A stretch of 41,543 nt of DNA from Deltaproteobacteria bacterium (GTDB lineage: Bacteria > Desulfobacterota > Deferrimicrobia > Deferrimicrobiales > Deferrimicrobiaceae), in NCBI GenBank assembly GCA_032125195.1, contig JAQBCN010000060.1, positions 1 through 41,543 of the forward strand, in the 5' to 3' direction. Shown here piece by piece: positions 9,573 through 17,825 of the stretch. The notes under the pieces are model-generated. The model did not search any database. It had not been told where the DNA came from and saw nothing but the letters and a program-made list of their open reading frames with translations. Every line of letters starts with the position of its first letter. The first letter of the stretch is position 1. The position numbers were made by a program, and so were the translations under genes.

Positions 9573-10361
9573 ATGAAGGAGATCAAGGGACTGCGGCCGA
9601 GGGAAATCCGGGAACGGATCCGGAACGGGGAGTGGGGAAAACCCACGGCGGGGCTGGCCATGGGATACGCGCAGGCCAACCTCGTCATCCTTCCCCTGAA
9701 ACACGCCTTCGATTTTCTCCTGTTCTGCCAGAGGAACCCGAAGCCCTGCCCGCTTCTCGAGGTTCTCGAACCGGGGGAGTTCCGGACGAACTTTCTGGCT
9801 GCCGATGCGGATATCCGGACGGATATCCCACGCTACAACGTTTACCGCAAGGGGAAATTGATGCCCGCCGCGCGGGATATCCGCCGGTACTGGAGAAAGG
9901 ATTTCGTCACGTTTCTTCTCGGCTGCAGCTTCTCTTTCGAGGAGGCGTTGATCCGCGCGCAGGTTCCTCTCCGCCACATCGAGGAGGGGAGGAACGTTCC
10001 CATGTACATCACGGATATTCCCTGCGCTCCTTCCGGGGTCTTCCGCGGTCCCATGGTGGTATCGATGCGGCCCATCCCGATGGGGATGGTGACCCGGGCG
10101 GTCCAGATCACTTCCCGCTACGCTTTGGTCCACGGCGGGCCCGTCCATATCGGCGACCCGTCGAACATCGGGATCAAAAACCTCAATGCGCCGGATTTCG
10201 GGGATCCGGTGACGATAAAGAGGGGGGAGATCCCTGTCTTCTGGGCCTGCGGCGTGACCCCCCAGGCGGTGGTCATGGAGGCGAAGCCCGACCTCTGCAT
10301 CGCCCATGCGCCGGGGTACATGTTCGTGTCCGACCTGCTGAACGAGGAGCTGGCAACCTGA
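9573..10361 (+). CDS. Putative hydro-lyase / D-glutamate cyclase family (DUF1445, YcsI-like)
   Basis: Motifs QANLVIL, FCQRNPKPCPLL, DIRTDIPRY, LGCSFSFE, VVSMRP, HGGPVHIG, PVFWACGVTPQ and HAPGYM. Confidence 0.85.
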   Translation: MKEIKGLRPREIRERIRNGEWGKPTAGLAMGYAQANLVILPLKHAFDFLLFCQRNPKPCPLLEVLEPGEFRTNFLAADADIRTDIPRYNVYRKGKLMPAARDIRRYWRKDFVTFLLGCSFSFEEALIRAQVPLRHIEEGRNVPMYITDIPCAPSGVFRGPMVVSMRPIPMGMVTRAVQITSRYALVHGGPVHIGDPSNIGIKNLNAPDFGDPVTIKRGEIPVFWACGVTPQAVVMEAKPDLCIAHAPGYMFVSDLLNEELAT

Positions 10362-10368
10362 CAGCTCG

Positions 10369-11472
10369 TCACGGGATGGCGGGCGGGCGGACCCCCGGCA
10401 TCTTTCCCGAAAGCCCGGTGACGAGGAACTCCCGGAGGGACTCCTTTTCCTCCTTCGACAGCCCGAGCGGTTTCAGCAACGGCGATTTCTTCGGGTCGCC
10501 GCCTCCCCCGCGGTCGTAGAATTCGATCACCTCCTCGAGGTTCGGGAGGGCGCCGTTGTGCATATAGGGGGCGGTTGCCGCCACCTCCCGCAGCGAGGGG
10601 GTTGCGAACGCCTTCCAGTCCGCCGGGTCCTTCGTGACCAGAAACCGCCCCGGGTCCTCGAGGAGGGTCCGGTAGTCGGGGAACCCCGACACCTTGCCGA
10701 CGAACCGCGCGGTCGCAAGGATCCGCGGATCCTCCTTCTCCTTCGGGTCCTCCGGGACGCCGAGGTTGTGGAACCGTTCGTCGGTCAGGTTCGGGCCGCT
10801 GTGGCACGTCGCGCAGCCGGCCTTGCCGAGGAACAGCCCGAGCCCGTCGCGCTGCCGCGCCGAGAGCGCCCCCGGCTCCCCGCGCAGGTGACGGTCCAGC
10901 GGCGTGTCGCGGGAGAGGAGGGTCCGCTCGAAGGCGGCGATCGCCATCGCCACGCGCTGCCGGGTGATCTCTCCCCCGAAAACGGATCGAAACGCTTCCA
11001 CGTAGGCGGGGACCGTTTTCAGCACCTCTTCGAGATAGTCCAGGTTCCGGTTCATCTCGAAGGGGCTCATCATCGGGAAGAGGGCCTGCTCTTCGAGGGA
11101 GGTCGCCCGCCCGTCGTGGAACAGCCTCTTCCGGTACGCCACGTTCACGAGCCCCGGGGAGTTGCGCCAGTTCCGCGTGGTTGGATAAGAGAGGGAGGTC
11201 GGGAGCGCGTCGGCGAAGCCGGTCTCCGGGTCGTGGCAGGTGGCGCAACTCATCGTCCCGTCCCCCGACAGGCGCCGGTCGAAGAACAGCTTCTTCCCGA
11301 GCTCGACCTTCTCCGGCGTGGTCGGGTTCTCCGAAGGGGAAGGCGGGGGCGGCAGCGGGGAAAGAGCGGCGGGCGACGGGACGGTCTCCGCCGCGAACGA
11401 GGGGGAAGGGACGAAGGTCGCTCCCGCGAGGAGCGCGCAAAGAAGAAGGGGGGGAAGCGCGCGGAGGCTCAC
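10369..11472 (-). CDS. Exported di-haem cytochrome c peroxidase superfamily protein, MauG/MbnH-like
   Basis: Signal peptide. Motifs ELGKKLFFDRRLS, two CATCH haem sites, RNSP, PMMSPFEM, TPSLREVAATAPYMHNG and LEEVIEFYDRGG. Confidence 0.88.
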   Translation of the reverse strand: MSLRALPPLLLCALLAGATFVPSPSFAAETVPSPAALSPLPPPPSPSENPTTPEKVELGKKLFFDRRLSGDGTMSCATCHDPETGFADALPTSLSYPTTRNWRNSPGLVNVAYRKRLFHDGRATSLEEQALFPMMSPFEMNRNLDYLEEVLKTVPAYVEAFRSVFGGEITRQRVAMAIAAFERTLLSRDTPLDRHLRGEPGALSARQRDGLGLFLGKAGCATCHSGPNLTDERFHNLGVPEDPKEKEDPRILATARFVGKVSGFPDYRTLLEDPGRFLVTKDPADWKAFATPSLREVAATAPYMHNGALPNLEEVIEFYDRGGGGDPKKSPLLKPLGLSKEEKESLREFLVTGLSGKMPGVRPPAIP

Positions 11473-12104
11473 CGGTTCTTCCCTCCCGTTCCGGCGGTTT
11501 TGAGCTCCCTATCGATGACCGTCTTGTACGCCTCGAACGGCCGGTCCCCCGGAAGTTTCACCCCGTTGATGAAGATCGTCGGCGTGTTGTACAGGTCGAG
11601 CGCCTCCCCGAGCTTCACGTCCCGATCGATCTCCGGTGTATGCCGCATCGTGTCCAGGTCCTTCGTGAAGCGGGGGACGTCGAGCTTCAGTTCCTTCGCG
11701 TACGCGATGAGGCTTTCCCGGTCCAGCTTCGGCGACCGGTCGAGCAGGAGGAGGTGCATTTCGCGGAACTTCCCCTGGTCGTGCGCCGCAAGCGACGCCT
11801 CCGCGGCGATGCGCGAATGGTCCCGGTACCGGTACGGCAGGTGCTTCACCACGAGGCGGACGCTTCCGCCGTACTCCTTGAGGATCCTCTCGACGGTCGG
11901 ACCGACCGCCTTGCAGTGGGGTCACTGGTAGTCGAGGAATTCGACGATCGTCACCGGCGCGTTTGCGGGCCCGATGGACGGGGAGTCGCCCGCCGGCACG
12001 GCGTACCGGACGTCGGCTGCCCCCGCCGGGACCGCGGCGAGAAGCGTCAGGGTGATCCACAAGGCAAGGCGGCGTGCGTTCGGTCGCAAGGCGCTTCCTT
12101 TCAT
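11469..12104 (-). CDS. Exported DsbA/thioredoxin-fold selenoprotein (UPHC active site; in-frame TGA at 11922-11924 read as Sec)
   Basis: ORFs 11922..12122 and 11469..11852 share a frame and are joined by an open linker: GPANAPVTIVEFLDYQ-[TGA]-PHCKAVGPTVERIL...VVKHLP...YNTPTIFING. The TGA occupies the first Cys of CxxC and a SECIS-like hairpin follows. SD GGAGGAGG precedes ATG 12104. 211 aa. Confidence 0.88.
11892..11924 (-). promoter_or_regulatory. Bacterial SECIS-like element of the DsbA-like gene
   Basis: mRNA reads UGA + 11 nt + GGCGGUCG-GUC-CGACCGUC (8-bp stem, 3-nt loop; hairpin at 11892-11910). Confidence 0.75.
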
Positions 12105-12234
12105 GCGTTCCACCTCCTCCACCGAGATCGGTCGTTCTCCGCCAGCGATTCTACTACAATGCGGCCGGTTGGTCGCGTGCGGGGATGAATGTCCCTGCGG
12201 CGACGACGAAAAACAAATGACGGTTATTCCGGTG

Positions 12235-12340
12235 GCGATGATAAAATCGTTTAATATCGAATATATATAATGGATCGCGATTTATTATCGTTATTCATCT
12301 GATTTTTATTGATCTGTTTATAACATTTTTATAGTATCAG
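12235..12340. promoter_or_regulatory. AT-rich divergent regulatory region between the Sec-DsbA/MauG-like operon and the fdn operon
   Basis: The most AT-rich stretch in the window. Contains overlapping ATC-N11-GAT dyads (12287-12303, 12297-12313) and a degenerate ModE-like 27-mer at 12287-12313. A TAGAAT -10 lies nearby on the minus strand at 12148-12153. Confidence 0.55.
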
Positions 12341-12409
12341 CGAGGATCCGGCGGTTTTCTCTTTTTACGGATACGGCGTCAATCCGACCGACCGAAGGAG
12401 GTGCACCGG

Positions 12410-15400
12410 ATGGCGATATCACGCAGGGAGTTCTTCAAGACCTCGGGGGCGGGGCTGGCCGCGGGCCTGCTCGGCTTCTCCCTCGACCCCGTGAGGGCGA
12501 AGGCCGACGAGTTCAGCCTCCGCTACGCGAAGGAGACGACCACCATCTGCCCCTACTGCTCGGTGGGGTGCGGGATGATCGTCCACACGCTCGGCGGGAA
12601 CCTTGTGAACGTCGAAGGCGATCCCGATCACCCGATCAGCGAGGGGTCCCTCTGCCCGAAAGGCTCCTCGGTCCTCCAGCTCCGGGACAACAAGGCCCGC
12701 GTGACGAAGCCGCTCTACCGCGCGCCGGGCGCGAAGGAGTGGAAGGAGGTCGACTGGGACTGGGCGCTCGACGAGATCGCGAAGAAGGTGAAAAAGACCC
12801 GGGACGCCACCTTCACCGCCAAGAGCAGCATCAAGGTGAAGGAGAAGGTCGGGGACAAGGAGGTCGAGAAGACGGTCGAGGCGGTCGTCAACCGGACGAA
12901 CGGGATCGCCCACGTAGGGAGCGCCGCGCTGGACAACGAGGAGTGCTACCTCCTCCAGAAATTCCTCCGGGGGTTGGGCCTGGTCGCCATCGAGCACCAG
13001 GCGCGAATATGACACAGCGCCACTGTAGCGGCTCTGGCAGAGTCGTTCGGACGAGGCGCGATGACGAATCACTGGATCGACATAAAGAACGCGGACGTAA
13101 TCCTCATCATGGGGGCCAACCCGGCGGAGAACCACCCCGTCGCCTTCCGCTGGATCCAGCGGGCGAAGGATAACGGCGCCAAGGTCATCTGCGTCGACCC
13201 GCGCTTCACCCGGAGCGCGTCGAAGGCCGACATCTACGCCCCCCTCCGGTCGGGGACGGACATCGCCTTCCTCGGCGGGATGATCCGGCACATCCTCGAA
13301 AACCATCTCTACCACCAGGAGTACGTGGCCAACTACACGAACGCGTCGTACCTCGTTGGCCCCGACTTCAAGATGCCCGGAGACCTGGCCGGCCTCTTCT
13401 CCGGGTACGACAAGAAGAAGGGGAAGTACGACAAGAAGACGTGGGCGTACCAGAAGGGCCCCGACGAGGTGATCCGGAAGGACGAGACGCTGAAGGATCC
13501 CCGTTCCGTCTTCCAGTTGATGCGGAAGCACTACTCCCGATACACGCCCGACCTCGTATCGAGCATCACCGGAACGCCGAAGGAGGCGCTTCTCAAGGTA
13601 TACGAGGTGTACGGCTCCACGGGGAAGCCGGACCGGTCGGGGACCGAGCTGTACGCGATGGGGTGGACCCAGCACACGGTGGGGACGCAGAACATCCGCG
13701 CGATGAGCATCATCCAGCTGCTGCTCGGCAACGTCGGGGTGGCGGGCGGAGGGATCAACGCCCTGCGCGGCGAGAGCAACGTCCAGGGCTCCACCGACCA
13801 CGGGCTCCTCTTCCACATCCTTCCGGGGTATCTCGCGGTTCCTTCCGCGGACCTTCCCACCCTCGAGAAGTACGTCGAGAAGTACACCCCCAAGACGAAG
13901 GAGGCCCAGAGCGCGAACTGGTGGGGGAACCGGAACAAGTACATCACGAGCTACCTGAAGGCGATCTACGGCGCCAAGGCGACGAAGGAGAACGACTTCG
14001 GATACGCCTGGCTTCCCAAGAACGACCCGGGGGTGAACTCCTCCTGGCTGATGATCTTCGACAACATGCTTCGCGGCAAGTACAAGGGGTTCTTCGCCTG
14101 GGGGCAGAACCCGGCCTGCTCCGGATCCAACGCCGGAAAGGTCCGGAAGGCTTTGGAGCACCTGGAGTGGATGGTGACGGTCAACCTGTTCGACAACGAG
14201 ACGGCGTCGTTCTGGAAGGGGCCGGGGGTGGATTCGTCGAAGGTGAACACGGAGGTCTTCTTCCTCCCCGCGGCCGCTTCGTTCGAGAAGGAGGGGAGCG
14301 TCACCAATTCCGGCCGGTGGGCGCAGTGGCGCACCGCGGCGGTCAAGCCTCTCGGGCAGTCGCGGCCCGACTCCGAGATCATGAACGACCTCTTCTTCCG
14401 GCTCAAGGCGCGCTACGCGAAGGAGGGAGGCGTCTACCCCGACCCGCTCGTGAACCTCACCTGGAACTACGGGTACAGGCAGTTGGACGGTACGGCCCGG
14501 TCGGTCGACATCCACGCGGTGGCGAAGGAGATCAACGGCTACTTCGTCGACGACGTCGAAGTGAAGCCGAAACCGGGAGAGCCCCCCCCGAAGGAGAAGA
14601 CGTTCGTCGGGAAGAAGGGGGAGCTGGCGGGCAGCTTCGCGCTGCTCCAGGCGGACGGAACCACCACCAGCGGGAACTGGCTCTACTGCCAGAGCTACAA
14701 CGAGAAGGGGAACATGATGGCCCGGCGGGGAAAGAAGGACCCCACGGGGCTCGGGCTCTTCCCCGATTGGTCCTGGGCGTGGCCCGTGAACCGGCGAATC
14801 CTCTACAACCGGGCGTCGGTCGACCTTTCGGGCAAGCCGTACCTTTCGAAGAAGGCGGTCATCTACTGGAACGCCAACGCGGTCCTTCCCGGCGGGAAGC
14901 TCGGCAAGTGGGAGGGCGATGTTCCCGACGGGGGGTGGCCCCCGATGGGGAACGAGAAGGACGGGAAGAAGCCGTTCATCATGCGGGCCGACGGCGTGGC
15001 GTCGGTCTTCGGACCGGGGCTTGCGGACGGCCCGTTCCCCGAGCATTACGAGCCGCTGGAGTGCCCGATCCAGGAGAACCTGATGTCGAAGCAGATGACG
15101 AACCCCGCGGCGAAAAAGTTCGCCGACGGGGGGTTGCCCGAGGATGTGTACGCCTCCTGCGACACGCGGTTCCCTTACGTGGCGACGACGTACCGGGTGA
15201 CCGAGCACTGGCAGACGGGGGTGCTTTCCCGGAACGTCCCGTGGCTCCTCGAGCTCCAGCCCCGGCTGTTCGTGGAGATGAGTCGGGAGCTCGCGAAGGA
15301 GAAGAAGATCCGGAGCGGCGACATGGTCGAGGTCGCCTCGGCACGCGGCAAGGTCGACGCCGTCGCCATCGTCACCCTGCGTTTCAGGCCGTTCAAGGTG

Positions 15401-15562
15401 GCCGGCGGTACGGTTCACGAAGTCGGACTCCCGTGGTGCTTCGGCTGGTTTACGCCGGGGGTGGGGGAATCCGCCAACCTCCTCACGCCGACGGCGGGGG
15501 ACGCGAATACCATGATCCCTGAAACGAAGGCGTTCATGGTCAACGTCAAGGCGAGGGGGTGA
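12410..15562 (+). CDS. fdnG: Formate dehydrogenase alpha subunit, Tat-exported, selenocysteine-containing (TGA 13010-13012)
   Basis: Tat signal SRREFFK and 4Fe-4S motif CPYCSVGC...LCPKG. HQARI-[TGA]-HSATVAALAESFGRGAMTNHW joins ORFs 12401..13012 and 13061..15562 in frame. Also ALRGESNVQG and a C-terminal molydopterin-binding domain. 1050 aa. Confidence 0.96.
13010..13059 (+). promoter_or_regulatory. SECIS element of fdnG
   Basis: UGA + 15 nt + GCGGCUCU-GGC-AGAGUCGU (13028-13046). Extendable by an A-U pair, a bulged U and CUG/CGG, with a lower GCGCC/GGCGC stem. Confidence 0.85.
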
Positions 15563-16350
15563 CCGCCATGGCCGAGGTACGCATGGGATTTCTCGTAGAC
15601 ACGTCGCGCTGCATCGCCTGCCGCGCCTGCCAGGTCGCGTGCAAGGCGTGGAACCACCTGGACGCGGACAAGACGGTCGAGAAGGGGAGCTACGAAAACC
15701 CGACCGACCTCACCCCCAACCTCTACAACCGGATCCGGTTCCTCGAGAGCGCGGACGCCGGGGGGAACGTGAAGTGGCTCTTCATGAACGAGCGGTGCGT
15801 CCACTGCGGCGACGCGGGGTGCATGAAGGTCTGCCCGGCGCCGGGGGCGCTCCACCGGACGAAGGAAGGGATCGTCGTCTTCGACAAGGAGAAGTGCATT
15901 TCGTGCAAGTATTGCGTCTCCGCCTGTCCGTTCAACATCCCCCGCTACGGGGCGGACGACAAGGTGACCAAGTGCCACCTGTGCTTCGACCGGATCGGGG
16001 CGGGCATGCTCCCGGCGTGCGCCCAGGCGTGTCCGACCGAGACGCTGCAGTTCGGGGGCCGGAACGCCCTGATCGCGAAGGCGAAGGGGGCGGGGAAGAA
16101 GCTGTACGGGGAGAGCGCGCTCGAGGGACTGGGGGTCGTCTACGCGCTCGAGGAGAAGCCCGAGGTGTACGGCCTTCCGGAGAATCCGTCGATCCCGACA
16201 TCGATCTTCCTGTGGAAGGACGTGGTGAGGCCGCTCGGGATCCTCGGCTTCTGGGGCAGCGTCGCCGCGGTGGTGGTCCACTACGTGACCTTCGGATCGC
16301 GCCAGCTCGAGGAGGACGGGAAGGGGAAGGGAGGCGATGCGCATGGGTAG
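15559..16350 (+). CDS. fdnH: Formate dehydrogenase iron-sulfur (beta) subunit
   Basis: Four Cys clusters (CIACRACQVAC; CVHCGDAGCMKVCP; CISCKYCVSACP; CHLC..PACAQACP) and a C-terminal TM helix. Start may be ATG 15568. Confidence 0.92.
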   Translation: MTAMAEVRMGFLVDTSRCIACRACQVACKAWNHLDADKTVEKGSYENPTDLTPNLYNRIRFLESADAGGNVKWLFMNERCVHCGDAGCMKVCPAPGALHRTKEGIVVFDKEKCISCKYCVSACPFNIPRYGADDKVTKCHLCFDRIGAGMLPACAQACPTETLQFGGRNALIAKAKGAGKKLYGESALEGLGVVYALEEKPEVYGLPENPSIPTSIFLWKDVVRPLGILGFWGSVAAVVVHYVTFGSRQLEEDGKGKGGDAHG

Positions 16351-16957
16351 GAAATACGTCGAGCGATTCAACACGGCCGAGCGGGTGCTCCACTGGTTCG
16401 TCGCCGCGTCGTTCTTCACCCTGCTCCTGTCGGGGCTGGGGCTCTACTCCCGGCTCTTCCACGGCTACTTCGACCTGTTCGGGGGCGGGGAGGGGGCGAT
16501 CCTGGCCCACAAGTACGGGGGGGTGGTCTTCTTCGTCAGTTCCCTGATGCTCTTCCTCAACCACGCAAAGGATATGTTCACTTTCGACGAGGACGACCGG
16601 AAGTGGTGCAAGTCGCTGGGGGGCTACCTGTCGAAGAACCCCGAGCACATCAACAGCGGGAAGTTCAACGCCGGACAGAAGCTGTTCGGCATCTTCATGG
16701 GGATCTCGACGCTGCTGCTCGGGATCACCGGGGTCATCAACTGGGTCCCCGAATCGTTCCCGCGGGGGGTCGTCCAGTTTTCGCTGCTGCTCCACGGCCT
16801 CCTGTTCGTCTGGTTCGTGATGCTCATGATCGTGCACGTCTACCTCACCACGATCGGCAACCCGGGGACGCTCGAGGGGATGTTGTACGGCAACGTCCGC
16901 AGGATCTGGGCGCGGACCCACCACCCGAAATGGTATAAGGAGGTAGAGGGCGAATAA
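16343..16957 (+). CDS. fdnI: Formate dehydrogenase cytochrome b (gamma) subunit
   Basis: Motifs ERVLHW, LLSGL, GKFNAGQK, LLH..IVHVY and WARTHHPKWY; four TM helices. Confidence 0.92.
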   Translation: MGRKYVERFNTAERVLHWFVAASFFTLLLSGLGLYSRLFHGYFDLFGGGEGAILAHKYGGVVFFVSSLMLFLNHAKDMFTFDEDDRKWCKSLGGYLSKNPEHINSGKFNAGQKLFGIFMGISTLLLGITGVINWVPESFPRGVVQFSLLLHGLLFVWFVMLMIVHVYLTTIGNPGTLEGMLYGNVRRIWARTHHPKWYKEVEGE

Positions 16958-16982
16958 TCGACGGGAAGGGGCTTCGGGAGGG

Positions 16983-17825
16983 ATGAGTCGTACGGCGGAC
17001 AAGATTGCGCACCTCCGGAAGACCGCTTTCGAGCATCCGGAGTACATCGACGTGCTCCTCCCGTTCGAAGAGATCTTCGCGTACGTGGACGGGAAGGAAG
17101 CCGGGACGGGGATCCGCTTCGCCGTCCCGGAAGGGAACGGGGCGGAGCGGGTGCAGGGAGGTCTTCCGCTCCTGTCTCCCGAGGCGCTCTCCGTGGATCG
17201 GGACGCCGCGACGGCCTTCCTTTCCGGGCTGCTCGACGTCCTGCGGCGTGTCGGCAGGGAGGGGCACGCGGATCTCGACCGGATCGGGGGGGGGCTTTCG
17301 GACGGTTCCCTCGACCTTGCCTCCCTGTACGTCGCCTGTCTTGCCCGGAAACGGGACGTCGTGGACCAGGCGGCGACCTCCCTTTCGGTCCAGGCGCCCC
17401 TGCTCGCCTTCGTCCTCGAGATTCCGTTGAAGACCGCCCTCGAGCGCGTTTCCTCCACCCTTCCCACGGAGCGGTTCGACGGATGGAAGGAAGGGTATTG
17501 TCCCGTCTGCGGCTCCCGCGCCGGGATGGCCGAACTTTCCGGGGACGAGGGGAAGCGGCGGCTCTCCTGCTCCGCCTGCTTCTTCCTCTGGCCGTTCCCC
17601 CGGATCCAATGCCCCTACTGCGGAAACGCGGACCCGGAAACGCTCTCCTATTTCACCGCCGGGGACGGGCCCACCCGGGTCGGGGTGTGCCGCGGCTGCA
17701 GCCGGTACCTGAAGACCTGCGATACGCGCCTCGGGAACGCGAACGTGCCGCTGGAAGCCGAAGACCTCGCCACCCTCCACCTGGACCTGCTGGCGGGGAA
17801 GGAAGGGTTCGAGAGAGGGAAATGA
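16983..17825 (+). CDS. fdhE: Formate dehydrogenase accessory protein FdhE
   Basis: GYCPVCGS, CSAC, RIQCPYCGN, CRGCSRYLK and DLATLHLDLLA; position in the fdn operon. Confidence 0.9.
   Translation: MSRTADKIAHLRKTAFEHPEYIDVLLPFEEIFAYVDGKEAGTGIRFAVPEGNGAERVQGGLPLLSPEALSVDRDAATAFLSGLLDVLRRVGREGHADLDRIGGGLSDGSLDLASLYVACLARKRDVVDQAATSLSVQAPLLAFVLEIPLKTALERVSSTLPTERFDGWKEGYCPVCGSRAGMAELSGDEGKRRLSCSACFFLWPFPRIQCPYCGNADPETLSYFTAGDGPTRVGVCRGCSRYLKTCDTRLGNANVPLEAEDLATLHLDLLAGKEGFERGK

Noticed and set aside
12419-15418. 999-aa minus-strand ORF, and similar long shadow ORFs such as 36996..39983, 33269..35779, 24335..26656 and 13441..15522
   Set aside because: They overlap well-supported genes in antisense or alternative frames, are Arg/Pro/Gly-rich and lack motifs. 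This is expected from high-GC codon bias.
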